A DNA stretch of 44,986 nucleotides from Bacteroidia bacterium. GTDB taxonomy: Bacteria; Bacteroidota; Bacteroidia; JAYUJA01. This document shows, in pieces, positions 16,115-24,299 of the stretch. The notes beneath the pieces are model-generated. The model did not search any database. It was not told the DNA's origin and saw only the letters and a list, made by a program, of their open reading frames with translations. Numbering within the stretch: the first letter of the stretch is position 1; every line of letters begins with the position of its first letter. Made by a program: the position numbers and the translations under genes. The stretch covers positions 1 through 44,986 of the forward strand of contig JAYUJA010000008.1 in NCBI GenBank assembly GCA_043765495.1, given 5' to 3'.

Positions 16115-16468
16115 TTATTTAAGTATTTTGTTTTTTAAGGTTTGAAATTCTTCTTCTGTTAGTAAGTTACTATCTTTTAGTTTTTGTAATTTTTCTAGTT
16201 CTTCTACCACAGATGTATATGCTTGGGGTGGTGTAGATAGGTTGTTTAGTGATGTTTGTTGAATCATCTGCATTTGTAACATTTGTTTTTTATACAACTC
16301 GTCTTGTTTGTTTTTAGATATTAAAGTAATAATAAGCCCAATAAGAGGACTTAATAATAAAGAAAGAATAAATGCTCCGAAAAAAGTTATCCTTCTTCCT
16401 GATCCGATTAGTCCTACTATAAAGCTTAAAATTAGCCACAGAGGAATTATTGTTAGTATTGTTCCCAT
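16115..16468 (-). CDS. Small membrane protein with a C-terminal SHOCT-like domain
   Basis: Two N-terminal TM helices are present. The C-terminus VVEELEKLQKLKDSNLLTEEEFQTLKNKIL matches the SHOCT pattern. The gene lies only 15 nt downstream of the preceding gene. Confidence 0.65.
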   Translation of the reverse strand: MGTILTIIPLWLILSFIVGLIGSGRRITFFGAFILSLLLSPLIGLIITLISKNKQDELYKKQMLQMQMIQQTSLNNLSTPPQAYTSVVEELEKLQKLKDSNLLTEEEFQTLKNKILK

Positions 16469-16483
16469 TTTAGTATAAAGTTG

Positions 16484-16930
16484 TTATTTATAAATTTGAT
16501 GTTTCCTATCTAGCCAAATTAGGCAGAATGCTGTTCTTGTTCTAAATCCGTGTACTCGTGCTACTTGTGATATTCGTAATTCAAAAAATGTAGTGTCTTG
16601 GCTTAATGAATTTACAATATCTTGGTTAGGTAGTAGGCTTGTTTGTTTGCAGATGGTGTAGCCCAATCCTGATTTATTGATGCTGCCTCCGCTTTTGTAA
16701 ATATCTGTCCAAGTTGTAGTTCTTAATTTCTCAACAAATGCAGTGAATAGTTTTAATTCATCTTGTGACCACTCTGAAAGGCATTGGTGTTTATGGTCGT
16801 AATATTTCAAATAAACGTATGCTGGATTATTATTGCTATCTTTTTCAAAGCCTAAAATTTCAGCTTCTTTTTCATTTAGGTATTGAAGTTGGTTGTCTAA
16901 ATTTGCTACTTTTTTGTTAATTGATTTCAT
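16484..16930 (-). CDS. Hypothetical 148-aa protein, candidate toxin partner of the Panacea-domain antitoxin
   Basis: It overlaps the upstream DUF4065 gene by 14 nt. The C-terminus FELRISQVARVHGFRTRTAFCLIWLDRKHQIY loosely resembles RelE/ParE-fold C-termini. This is a weak assignment based on pattern only. Confidence 0.6.
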   Translation of the reverse strand: MKSINKKVANLDNQLQYLNEKEAEILGFEKDSNNNPAYVYLKYYDHKHQCLSEWSQDELKLFTAFVEKLRTTTWTDIYKSGGSINKSGLGYTICKQTSLLPNQDIVNSLSQDTTFFELRISQVARVHGFRTRTAFCLIWLDRKHQIYK

Positions 16931-17402
16931 TGCTGGTATTTCTTTCGTACAGTTTGGTATAGAAGTCTTTCATCGTAGCTTTGGAAATTGGGGTGGTACT
17001 TCGCATTTCTAGCGAGATACCGCCTCTTGCTTCTATCCAAGGCAGCTCTGAATGAGTTAATCTTTCTAGGTATTTAGCTGATTTTTCGCCATATACATTT
17101 TTTATATCTTCTAATAAGGTTACTACTTCATTTGTAAGGTTATTGTCACAACTACAAATAGGAATTGTATCGTAGCTGTATTGCTTATAAGATTCGTAGA
17201 TAGAAGGAAGAACTGGACCATGTGACCAAGCTTGAAAGTCTTCTTGAAAAAGTGATTTATCTAATAAAACTAAACTCCAAGATTGTGCATAGAACATTAG
17301 TTTTTGTAGTTTTAGATGCGTAATGGAATCTCCAGCTTCTCTATCTATGGTACAAGTAAAGTAATTAGCAATTTCTGACGGATTTATGTTAAGTGATTCC
17401 AT
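16917..17402 (-). CDS. Panacea domain (DUF4065, SocA/GepA-like) antitoxin-type protein
   Basis: ITHLKLQKLMFYAQSWSLVLLDKSLFQEDFQAWSHGPVLPSIYESYKQY is a near-textbook DUF4065 core. Confidence 0.85.
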   Translation of the reverse strand: MESLNINPSEIANYFTCTIDREAGDSITHLKLQKLMFYAQSWSLVLLDKSLFQEDFQAWSHGPVLPSIYESYKQYSYDTIPICSCDNNLTNEVVTLLEDIKNVYGEKSAKYLERLTHSELPWIEARGGISLEMRSTTPISKATMKDFYTKLYERNTSNEIN

Positions 17403-17467
17403 GGTATTTAATGGAAAAATAATAGCTGTAAAGATATGAAAAATAAATTATCTAAAAGTTAGTTAAG

Positions 17468-17475
17468 CAAAAATA
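17468..17475 (-). promoter_or_regulatory. Candidate -7 promoter box TATTTTTG (minus strand) for the Panacea operon
   Basis: The reverse complement of CAAAAATA lies 66 nt upstream of the ATG at 17402. Confidence 0.35.
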
Positions 17476-17480
17476 ACTTG

Positions 17481-17488
17481 TACCTTTG
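17481..17488 (+). promoter_or_regulatory. Candidate divergent -7 promoter box TACCTTTG (plus strand) with no downstream ORF
   Basis: Exact TAnnTTTG match. It points into a GC-richer structured segment of about 100-150 nt. Confidence 0.3.
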
Positions 17489-17596
17489 CAGCAACAGTAC
17501 CCGTTCAGCATACCGTAAGCTCTGCTAGCGGGTCATTCTTAAAATAATACACGCTTTATGCCTATCTACGACGCGCACTTAAAGGGTTTTTTGTTT

Positions 17597-17644
17597 TAAA
17601 AAAACAACCCCGTTAAGTATGTTTATAGTACACTAAACGGGGTT
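17597..17644 (-). terminator. Rho-independent terminator of the DUF4041/T5orf172 gene
   Basis: Stem AACCCCGTT (17606-17614) / AACGGGGTT (17636-17644) sits immediately after the stop at 17648. On the minus strand it is followed by GTTTTTTT. Confidence 0.6.
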
Positions 17645-17647
17645 TAA

Positions 17648-18952
17648 TTATATTGAAGTAGGGAAAAACTTTGAAAACATATCTTCTATTGGATCTTTTG
17701 TAGTTGTATCATTGAATTTATTAAGTATTGCTAATGTTTCTCTATATTCCATTGCTTCTGGTAGTTTAATAAATTCAGCATCTAACCCTAGTTCTTTTAT
17801 TTTATTCTCTATTTCTTCAATACTGATATTAAAAAATTCTCTTTTAGGATTAATCATATTTATTTTTTTGTCAGAAAATGCTTTGTGTAATTCATTTTCA
17901 AGTTTTGGAGCATCATTTGAGAAAATCATTGAATGAATATCAAATTGAAATGGAACAGAGGCATCTCCTAGTTCTTTTACTCTATCAGTAGGTTCTAATC
18001 TCCTTGTCATACCAATCTTAAATACATTTTCTCCAAATGATCCAATATTAGATATTACATATACATGACCTCTTTTAGTTTGTTGGGCCATTGATAATGC
18101 TCTTTGTTTTTTATCTTGTGCTTCTTTAAGTTCTTGTTCTAATAATTCTATCTTGATTTGTAATTTTTGTTGTTTATCGCCTGTTGTATCTGCAACCTCT
18201 TTCCTTGCTTTATCTAATGCTTTTTGATAATTTGTTTCTTCTTTTTCAGCGTCTTTTTGTGCTTGTTCATATTCTCTTCTAGCTCGTTCTTCTTCTCTTA
18301 ATTCTTCTTGTGCTGCTCTTAATTCTTCTTTTTCATTTTGTCGTTTTAATTGGTATTCGTATTCAAGTACAAGTTCTTGTATTTTTAAATTTTTATACTC
18401 ATTCTCAATATATGTTTTTTGATTCTCTCCTAACTTATTAATAGATTCAAATGCTTTGTTTATACGTTCCTGCATTTGACTAACATTGTTCCATTTTACT
18501 TTTGAAATTAGAGTATCGCATTCTCCATTAAATGCTCTTAACATCAATTTTATGAATTTTTTTGTAATTGCTGTACCTTTTGCTTCGCTTCCATCAACAC
18601 TCCATTTTATAAGACAAGTAGCTGCTTTTTCAGTAGATATTTTTTGTTTTTGAAATTCAATAATTTTATTTTGCTTCGTTCTATAATCATCTGATTTCTC
18701 AAAATCATAAACTGGTATATAAACCCCAAACTCTGATAATTCAAGTTTGTTTTCATATACACTTATTTCTTTTTGTAGATTAGTGTACGTTTTAAGTGCA
18801 TTATTGTAATTATTTTTTAAGTCTTTATAGCTAATTTCAATTTTAGATAGTTCATTTTCTATGTTTGTAATTGGTTTATATCTTTCGAGTTGTAATTTTA
18901 GTTCTTTTATTTCTTCTAATTCTTTCTTTTTTAAGAAGTCAAATAATGCCAT
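17648..18952 (-). CDS. DUF4041 plus T5orf172 (GIY-YIG-superfamily, MUG113-like) domain protein
   Basis: The N-terminal and central parts are coiled-coil-rich (LRAFNGECD...ELVLEYEYQLKRQNEKEELRAAQEELREEE). The C-terminus is HVYVISNIGSFGENVFKIGMTRRLEPTDRVKELGDASVPFQFDIH...LENELHKAF...REFF. The start is set at MALFDFLKK (ATG at 18952) rather than the upstream TTG. Confidence 0.75.
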   Translation of the reverse strand: MALFDFLKKKELEEIKELKLQLERYKPITNIENELSKIEISYKDLKNNYNNALKTYTNLQKEISVYENKLELSEFGVYIPVYDFEKSDDYRTKQNKIIEFQKQKISTEKAATCLIKWSVDGSEAKGTAITKKFIKLMLRAFNGECDTLISKVKWNNVSQMQERINKAFESINKLGENQKTYIENEYKNLKIQELVLEYEYQLKRQNEKEELRAAQEELREEERARREYEQAQKDAEKEETNYQKALDKARKEVADTTGDKQQKLQIKIELLEQELKEAQDKKQRALSMAQQTKRGHVYVISNIGSFGENVFKIGMTRRLEPTDRVKELGDASVPFQFDIHSMIFSNDAPKLENELHKAFSDKKINMINPKREFFNISIEEIENKIKELGLDAEFIKLPEAMEYRETLAILNKFNDTTTKDPIEDMFSKFFPTSI

Positions 18953-19109
18953 AATATAAAAGTTATTAATATGTAAGAGCAGCAAAAGTGTACAATAAAA
19001 TAATACGAAACAAATTTATTTTAATTAGAAAATAAAAATAGACTTATTTATTATCAACACGTTGCAAAGGGTGGGAAAAGTTTATGTAAAATAGTGCGTA
19101 GGTATGTTA

Positions 19110-19427
19110 TTACAAAAACGCTACTAGGTATATTTGTAGTATTAAAAAAAACAATAAAAATATTAAAGTTATAGCATATTGTACTACGGCTTGTTTTGGT
19201 GTGACTACGGTGCGACCATTATCTAATAGCTGTGTGGTAACGACCCGTGAAAGTTGCGAAAGTAGATTATTGGTAATACGTTGTGATATACCTGCTAGTG
19301 AGTTTTTGGCGGGGTCGCAGAATGCAGTATAGCCCTTATCTTGGTACACGGCTGGATGCAAAATGTAATATACTGCCTTACTACCTTCGCTACCGACTAC
19401 GATAGCTATGGCGATACCAGTAAACAA
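19110..19427 (-). CDS. Hypothetical small membrane protein (uncertain)
   Basis: A 105-codon ORF with a TTG start and hydrophobic N- and C-terminal segments. The GC content is locally higher. No recognisable motif. Confidence 0.3.
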   Translation of the reverse strand: MFTGIAIAIVVGSEGSKAVYYILHPAVYQDKGYTAFCDPAKNSLAGISQRITNNLLSQLSRVVTTQLLDNGRTVVTPKQAVVQYAITLIFLLFFLILQIYLVAFL

Positions 19428-19497
19428 AATTTAACCAAACATTTATTAAGCGATATTTAAGCAGTAATAAGCAGCAAATTTACTCCCTTTCTTATCC

Positions 19498-19533
19498 AAG
19501 CCTTCTATACCTGAAAATATAGAAGGCTTTTTT
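19498..19533 (+). terminator. Orphan terminator-like hairpin with a T-run on the plus strand
   Basis: Stem AAGCCTTCTATA (19498-19509) / TATAGAAGGCTT (19518-19529), followed by TTTTTT. No plus-strand gene ends nearby. Confidence 0.5.
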
Positions 19534-19577
19534 ATTGATTATAAATAAAATAAAATTACAATAAAAATTAATCCTTA

Positions 19578-19609
19578 TTTGTAATTAGTCTAAATAAACA
19601 TTAGCTTTG
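19578..19609 (+). promoter_or_regulatory. Candidate Bacteroidota promoter: TTTG (19578-19581), 20-nt spacer, TAGCTTTG (19602-19609)
   Basis: Both consensus elements are present with correct spacing, 21 nt upstream of the ATG at 19630. Confidence 0.45.
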
Positions 19610-19629
19610 CAAAAAATAAAACGAACCCC

Positions 19630-20892
19630 ATGCGATTGTTATTACTTGTACTGCCATTTTTTATAACACCTCTTTTGTATAGCCAAAATTATGTACCAGA
19701 TACTACGCTTCTACAAAAGATGAACCGCTTTTCTTTTGGCTGTTATGGAGCTATGAATTATTACAACTTTACTTGGCAAACCGATAGCATCAAACGAAAC
19801 ACCATCGACAACGAAAGGTTAGTAATGGATATAGGCTACGACTGGACATCTAAAATACATTTTAATACCGAAATAGAATTCGAACACGGAGGCACAGGCG
19901 TAAGCGTAGAATTTGATAGATTTGAAGAATTTGGAGAATTTGAATTTGATGTAAGCAAAGGAGGTGAAGTATTAATAGAACAGATGAACCTAGATTTTCA
20001 GTTATCCCCTTTTTTTAATGTCAAAGTAGGAAGACTAAAAGTGCCTTTCTCTCTTATGTTTCAAAGAGATGAGCCAACAGATTATTTTACAGCCATCAAT
20101 TCCGAAATGGAAAGTTACATACTACCCGAAAACTGGACAGAAAACGGCATAACAGCATACGGTACTATCGATAAAAATCAAAAATGGAAATACAACATAG
20201 GCATTTTTAACGGATTAGATGGTAGTGCTTTTAATTCTGCTAATTGGATAAAAAGAGGAAATCAACGACGTTTTGAAATGGCAAATGCCGAGAACATAGC
20301 ACTAGCCACCCGTATAGACTATTTTTTCAACGATGCATCTTCCGTAGGAATGTCGGGATATATAAGTAATACGACAGACAATCGTCCCAAGCCCGATTTG
20401 AGAGTGAAAGCAGTAGTAGCAATGGCAGAAGCACACCTGAAATATCAGCAAAAAGCAATCACAATAAGCGCAATGGCATTGTACGGAACACTATCCAACT
20501 CCGAAGCACTTACTAACCAAAATAGAAACCTATCCAATAACTTAAACGTAAAAAGAACGCCAGTAGGAGCAGCAGCCGTAGGAGCTTTCGCAGAAATAGG
20601 AATATCCATACTAGGAAAAAATGGCATTATCAAAAAAACAAAACAAAATAATAGTATATTATACACTAGATGGGACTACTACGATACGATGTACAAAACA
20701 CAAGGTGCTATATTCAATAATCCACGTTGGCAAAGACACTCCGTAACCATAGGAGCAGTGTACAAAATAATAGATCCAGTACAGTTCAAAATACAATACA
20801 CCATGCGAAAAGTAGGCGCACCAGCACCTACCAGCGTACGTGGAGGTACGAAAGAAAATACCTTTGTAGCAGGATTTGCATTTGAATTTTGA
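19630..20892 (+). CDS. Outer-membrane beta-barrel (porin-like) protein of the imelysin cluster
   Basis: It has a signal peptide (MRLLLLVLPFFITPLLYSQ), alternating beta-strand-like sequence and a C-terminal aromatic residue (...AGFAFEF). Confidence 0.6.
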   Translation: MRLLLLVLPFFITPLLYSQNYVPDTTLLQKMNRFSFGCYGAMNYYNFTWQTDSIKRNTIDNERLVMDIGYDWTSKIHFNTEIEFEHGGTGVSVEFDRFEEFGEFEFDVSKGGEVLIEQMNLDFQLSPFFNVKVGRLKVPFSLMFQRDEPTDYFTAINSEMESYILPENWTENGITAYGTIDKNQKWKYNIGIFNGLDGSAFNSANWIKRGNQRRFEMANAENIALATRIDYFFNDASSVGMSGYISNTTDNRPKPDLRVKAVVAMAEAHLKYQQKAITISAMALYGTLSNSEALTNQNRNLSNNLNVKRTPVGAAAVGAFAEIGISILGKNGIIKKTKQNNSILYTRWDYYDTMYKTQGAIFNNPRWQRHSVTIGAVYKIIDPVQFKIQYTMRKVGAPAPTSVRGGTKENTFVAGFAFEF

Positions 20893-20933
20893 ATTTTAAA
20901 TTAAATAAATTTTACTCTTATATCTTTTTATCC

Positions 20934-21995
20934 ATGAAAAAAATAACGTTTTATACCGCAGCTTTCATAGCTATTATATCCAATACTGGTTGCAAAAAAG
21001 ACCCTATAATAACACAGCCAGCAGCAGATTATAAAAATGTATTAATAAATATCGGTAACGATGTAATACTAGGCACGTACCAAGATTTGTACGACAAAAA
21101 TATAGTACTAGTAAATACATTAAATATCCTACAACAACAACAAACTACCGTTAACCTAGAAGCAGCAAAACAAGCTTGGAAAGACATGCGTATCCCATGG
21201 GAACAGTCAGAAGGTTTTTTATTTGGTCCAGTACATCAGCAAGGAATAGATCCTTCTATTGACAGCTGGCCAGTGAATGCACCCGATTTGGATAACGTAT
21301 TAGCAAGTACCGATGCCCTTACAAAAATCTATATTGACGGATTAGATGGTACACTGAAAGGCTTCCATACTATTGAATATTTATTATTTGGAACAGATGG
21401 AAACAAACCAGTAAGCTCTTTTACCCCTCGCCAGTTTGAGTACCTAGCTTCTTGCGGACAAAGCCTAGAAGCCGCAACACAGAAACTGTACTACGCTTGG
21501 AAACCCGATAAGCAAAATTTTATTGCTAATGTATTAAACGCAGGCAATGCAGGCAACACCTTTTACCCATCTCAAAAATCTGCTATACAAGAAGTTCTAA
21601 ACGGACTAATAGGAATAACGGACGAGGTGGCAAACGGCAAAATTAATGACCCTTTTAGCCAACAAAATATTAATTTAGAAGAAAGTAGATTCAGTAGTAA
21701 CTCTAAAAGAGATTTTTCAGACAACATTCGTAGTGTAAGAAATGCTTATTTAGGTACGTATAAAAATGCCACAGGACTAGGTATAGCAAGTATCATAGAA
21801 ACCAAAAATCCTACTCTTAACGCAAAAGTAAAACAAGAAATAGAAGAAGCCATTAACGCTATTGAAAGTATTCAAGGAACATTCACAACAGCAATATTTA
21901 ATGCAGCTCCTAGCGTCATCAATGCACAACAGAAAGTAAGAACGTTGCAGCAAACTTTGCAAAGTGAAGTAGGTCCTGTTATTAGTAGTTTATAA
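20934..21995 (+). CDS. Imelysin (peptidase M75-like, IrpA-type) lipoprotein
   Basis: A lipobox is present (IISNTGC). The GxHxxE motif appears as LKGFHTIEYLLFG. The start is moved to MKKITFY. Confidence 0.7.
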   Translation: MKKITFYTAAFIAIISNTGCKKDPIITQPAADYKNVLINIGNDVILGTYQDLYDKNIVLVNTLNILQQQQTTVNLEAAKQAWKDMRIPWEQSEGFLFGPVHQQGIDPSIDSWPVNAPDLDNVLASTDALTKIYIDGLDGTLKGFHTIEYLLFGTDGNKPVSSFTPRQFEYLASCGQSLEAATQKLYYAWKPDKQNFIANVLNAGNAGNTFYPSQKSAIQEVLNGLIGITDEVANGKINDPFSQQNINLEESRFSSNSKRDFSDNIRSVRNAYLGTYKNATGLGIASIIETKNPTLNAKVKQEIEEAINAIESIQGTFTTAIFNAAPSVINAQQKVRTLQQTLQSEVGPVISSL

Positions 21996-22020
21996 TTTTC
22001 TTTTCCTAAAAAATAAAAAT

Positions 22021-23400
22021 ATGTCCACAAAAATAATTATTAGTAGTATTCTATTACTTGTATTGACTACTACTGCCTGCAAAAAAATAGTAGATGGTCC
22101 CGATCCTACCATCGCAGAAGATATAAACCTAGGAGGAGAAACATCAGCAGAAGGCACTTTTGTAAACGCATTCCAGCAGCCAGCATCTAACCTAAACCTA
22201 CTAGAAATACAAAAACACCTAGAAGCCGATAAAGCATTTGGAGATATATTCGTGACTGCCCCAAGTACCATAAACGGAGGTTTGGGACCCGTATTTAACC
22301 AAAACTCATGCGAATCCTGCCATATCTCTAACGGAAAATCTCCATTTCCTGATTCTCCCCAAGATTTAAGAGGCTTACTCGTACGTTTAAGTACGCCAGG
22401 AGCTGGAATACACGGCGAACCCCTTCCTGTACCGAATTTTGGCGGACAATTGCAACACAAAGCCGTTTTTGGTAAAATGCCAGAAGGTAAGCTAACTTGG
22501 CAACAAATACAAGAAATACAACAATACGTAGACGGGAATACTGTAAGCTTACGACACTTTGATTTTAACATAGAAAATGCCTATACAGCTCTACCAAGCA
22601 ACGTTCTAGTATCGCCACGTATAGCACCTTCCATGATAGGATTAGGCTTGCTAGAAGCTATTAGAGAACAAGATATACTAGCCCTAGCTGATCCCAATGA
22701 TAATAACGCAGACGGTATCTCTGGTAAGCCCAATAGGGTTTGGAATTATGCCACACAGCAATATTCCCTAGGAAGATTTGGCTGGAAAGCAGCACAGCCT
22801 ACTTTATACCAACAAACTGCCGCAGCTTATAACAACGATATGGGTATCACAAATCCACTATTCTCTACTGAAAGTAGTGCAGGACAAACCCAAAGCGACG
22901 GACTACCTGACGAGCCTGAAATAGACGACGTGACTCTAAAAAATGCTACCTTCTACACACAATCCCTAGCAGTACCCCAACGACGTAATACACAAAACAT
23001 AGACGTACAAAAAGGAAAAATGACTTTCCAAGCGATACAATGTGCTTCTTGCCACAATCCTAAATTTACTACAGGTACACACCCAGAATATACTTTTTTA
23101 AGCAACCAACAGATATACCCATATACCGATATGCTACTCCACGATATGGGAGCAGGACTCGCCGATGGTAGACCTGATTACGAAGCCAACGGGCAAGAAT
23201 GGAGAACACCACCACTATGGGGGCTAGGATTAATAAAAATAGTAGGCGGACACTCTAATTTTTTACACGATGGTAGAGCTAGAAACATAGAAGAAGCAAT
23301 ACTATGGCACGGTGGAGAAGCAGAAAATAGTAAAAATCTATTCAAGAAATTAACCAAAGAACAAAGAGAACAAGTAATTAAATTTTTAGAAAGTTTGTAA
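22021..23400 (+). CDS. Di-haem cytochrome c peroxidase-like oxidoreductase (DUF1111 family) lipoprotein
   Basis: The lipobox is LTTTAC. Two CxxCH haem motifs are present (CESCH and CASCH). This protein is a typical partner of imelysin genes. Confidence 0.8.
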   Translation: MSTKIIISSILLLVLTTTACKKIVDGPDPTIAEDINLGGETSAEGTFVNAFQQPASNLNLLEIQKHLEADKAFGDIFVTAPSTINGGLGPVFNQNSCESCHISNGKSPFPDSPQDLRGLLVRLSTPGAGIHGEPLPVPNFGGQLQHKAVFGKMPEGKLTWQQIQEIQQYVDGNTVSLRHFDFNIENAYTALPSNVLVSPRIAPSMIGLGLLEAIREQDILALADPNDNNADGISGKPNRVWNYATQQYSLGRFGWKAAQPTLYQQTAAAYNNDMGITNPLFSTESSAGQTQSDGLPDEPEIDDVTLKNATFYTQSLAVPQRRNTQNIDVQKGKMTFQAIQCASCHNPKFTTGTHPEYTFLSNQQIYPYTDMLLHDMGAGLADGRPDYEANGQEWRTPPLWGLGLIKIVGGHSNFLHDGRARNIEEAILWHGGEAENSKNLFKKLTKEQREQVIKFLESL

Positions 23401-23427
23401 AAACATACAAATAACCTAATTTATTTA

Positions 23428-23435
23428 TACATTTG
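23428..23435 (+). promoter_or_regulatory. Candidate -7 promoter box TACATTTG
   Basis: Exact TAnnTTTG match 31 nt upstream of the terC-like ATG. Confidence 0.4.
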
Positions 23436-23465
23436 CTTTTATTTTAATCCTTATTATTTTATTTT

Positions 23466-24299
23466 ATGTTCGATTTTGGTATCTTTCAGTATTCAGAAGC
23501 TTGGTTAAGTTTAGTTATGCTTACTTTTATGGAAGTAGTGTTAGGTATTGATAATATTATATTTATTTCCTTAATAGCAAGCCGACTACCCGAAGCCGAC
23601 AGACCCAAAGCCCGAAACATAGGACTAGCACTAGCATTAGTACTACGAATCGTATTGTTATTCGGAATTACATTAGTACAACAAATGAAAGAACCATTTG
23701 CGAATTTTGAAATATTCGGAACACACATCGGTATCAACGGGCAAGGCATCATACTACTAGCAGGTGGGATATTTTTAGTATACAAAGCCGTAACCGAAAT
23801 TCACCACAAACTAGAAGGAGATCCAGAAGAATTTGAAAACGACGACGAACATATAAAAATCTCCAATTGGATGCAAGGAGTGATACAAATAGCCATGCTA
23901 AATATCGTATTCTCCTTCGATTCCATACTTACCGCTATTGGTATGACAAACGATTTGCAGCACCTTGGCAATCCTACCAGCGTAATGATGGTAGCAGTAA
24001 TATTATCCATAGCTATTATGATGGCATTTTCAGGCCCTGTTGGACGTTTTATCAACAATCACCCTACTATCCAAATGCTCGGACTTTCTTTCCTTATATT
24101 AATAGGTTTTTTATTACTAGGAGAAGGAGTGCACAACTTTAACCATGACTTAATAGGAGAAATACCAAAAACATACCTCTACGTAGTCATAATATTCTCG
24201 TTAGCAGTAGAGTTTTTAAACATGAAATTACGCAAACCCCACAAAGTAGTACAGCTACGAGGAGTCACACAAGAAGCTACAGAAGACGGAGTATTATAA
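23466..24299 (+). CDS. TerC family integral membrane protein
   Basis: MEVVLGIDNIIFISL plus a second repeat with FSFDSILTA. Multiple TM helices. Confidence 0.85.
   Translation: MFDFGIFQYSEAWLSLVMLTFMEVVLGIDNIIFISLIASRLPEADRPKARNIGLALALVLRIVLLFGITLVQQMKEPFANFEIFGTHIGINGQGIILLAGGIFLVYKAVTEIHHKLEGDPEEFENDDEHIKISNWMQGVIQIAMLNIVFSFDSILTAIGMTNDLQHLGNPTSVMMVAVILSIAIMMAFSGPVGRFINNHPTIQMLGLSFLILIGFLLLGEGVHNFNHDLIGEIPKTYLYVVIIFSLAVEFLNMKLRKPHKVVQLRGVTQEATEDGVL

Noticed and set aside
17495-17590. The GC-rich spacer segment as a known housekeeping RNA (SRP/4.5S RNA, a tmRNA fragment or a tRNA remnant used as an att site)
   Set aside because: It has no GGAA-tetraloop SRP domain IV motif, no TTCGA T-loop with acceptor-like end, and no tag-peptide frame. 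It is kept only as an unassigned candidate sRNA.
21990-22571. A 193-aa minus-strand ORF in the track
   Set aside because: It lies antisense to the DUF1111 gene, whose CxxCH motifs and lipobox make it the real gene. The antisense translation is Cys/Pro/Ser-rich with no motif, as is typical of a shadow ORF.
23401-23465. Possible yybP-ykoY-type manganese riboswitch upstream of the TerC-family gene
   Set aside because: Only 65 nt of AT-rich spacer are available, and a promoter box takes up part of that. This is too short and unstructured for that riboswitch.
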